IMG/VR virus record: IMGVR_UViG_2534682222_000019
Location: 1-7,169 of that record
Length of the DNA: 7,169 nucleotides
Reading direction: 5' to 3' (one strand)
Origin: a virus
Taxonomy: Duplodnaviria > Heunggongvirae > Uroviricota > Caudoviricetes
In this document: positions 6,990 through 7,169 of the stretch, one piece after another
How the letters are laid out: each line of letters begins with the position of its first letter
How positions within the stretch are numbered: position 1 is the first letter of the stretch
Program-made: the position numbers and the translations under genes
Notes under the pieces: model-generated
What the model saw: the letters and a program-made list of their open reading frames with translations, nothing else
Database searches by the model: none
Told to the model about the DNA's origin: nothing

Positions 6990-7169
6990 ATGCTTGGTAA
7001 GGTATTTTTTGTGGTTTTATCATGCTCTTTGTTATTAAACCCACTAACTACCTATGCTAAAAATTATCCTTGTTCTGGGAAAAAGGGAGGTGTCTCTCAC
7101 TGTACCTCCGATGGAAAGTTCGTTTGCAATGATGGAACTATTAGTAAATCAAAAAAAATCTGGGTAATG
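6990..7169 (+). CDS. 5' part of an ORF for a small signal-peptide-bearing, Cys-containing protein (truncated by window end)
   Basis: ATG at 6990 with GGGAGG 5 nt upstream and no stop before the window end. The product [23 protein letters not shown]|[26 protein letters not shown]... has a typical N-terminal signal peptide. No family was recognised. Confidence 0.5.
   Translation, partial: MLGKVFFVVLSCSLLLNPLTTYAKNYPCSGKKGGVSHCTSDGKFVCNDGTISKSKKIWVM

Larger units (their letters stand above)
2776..7169. mobile_element. Partial integrated P2/186-family element with compact architecture; continues beyond the window end
   Basis: Contiguous set of phage-family genes (ogr, L, M, N, cII-like, cox/apl-like, cI) directly abutting the host gene ybjL. 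The left boundary is inferred to lie between the ybjL terminator (2775) and the ogr stop (2856). The right boundary is not in the window. Confidence 0.75.

Noticed and set aside
1-7169. CRISPR arrays, tRNA/rRNA genes, IS elements
   Set aside because: No regularly spaced direct repeats, no tRNA-like cloverleaf or conserved T-arm sequence near the junction, and no transposase-like ORF or terminal inverted repeats were seen.

Overview
The window holds two distinct parts. Positions 1-2775 are ordinary Enterobacterial core: grxA (glutaredoxin 1), the small membrane protein gene ybjM on the opposite strand, and the transporter gene ybjL, each with recognisable terminators. From about 2776 to the window end lies part of an integrated P2/186-family (Peduovirus-like) element with an unusually compact layout. 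On the minus strand, with no other genes between them, run a Cox/Apl-like regulator, a 186-type CII-like regulator, the major capsid protein gpN, the small terminase subunit gpM, the head-completion protein gpL and the zinc-finger late activator Ogr. A 186-type CI repressor is transcribed divergently on the plus strand, followed by a truncated signal-peptide ORF. The genes that separate these modules in a complete P2/186 prophage (replication, portal Q, large terminase P, scaffold O, lysis, tail) are absent from this stretch, yet every retained ORF is intact. A 13-nt match to the P2/P4 cohesive-end core, as I recall it, sits exactly at the cII/N junction. My leading hypothesis is a streamlined P2-dependent satellite-like element that supplies its own capsid protein, small terminase, head-completion protein and late-gene activator. 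The alternative is a multiply deleted prophage remnant. All protein assignments rest on similarity to remembered family sequences and need database confirmation.
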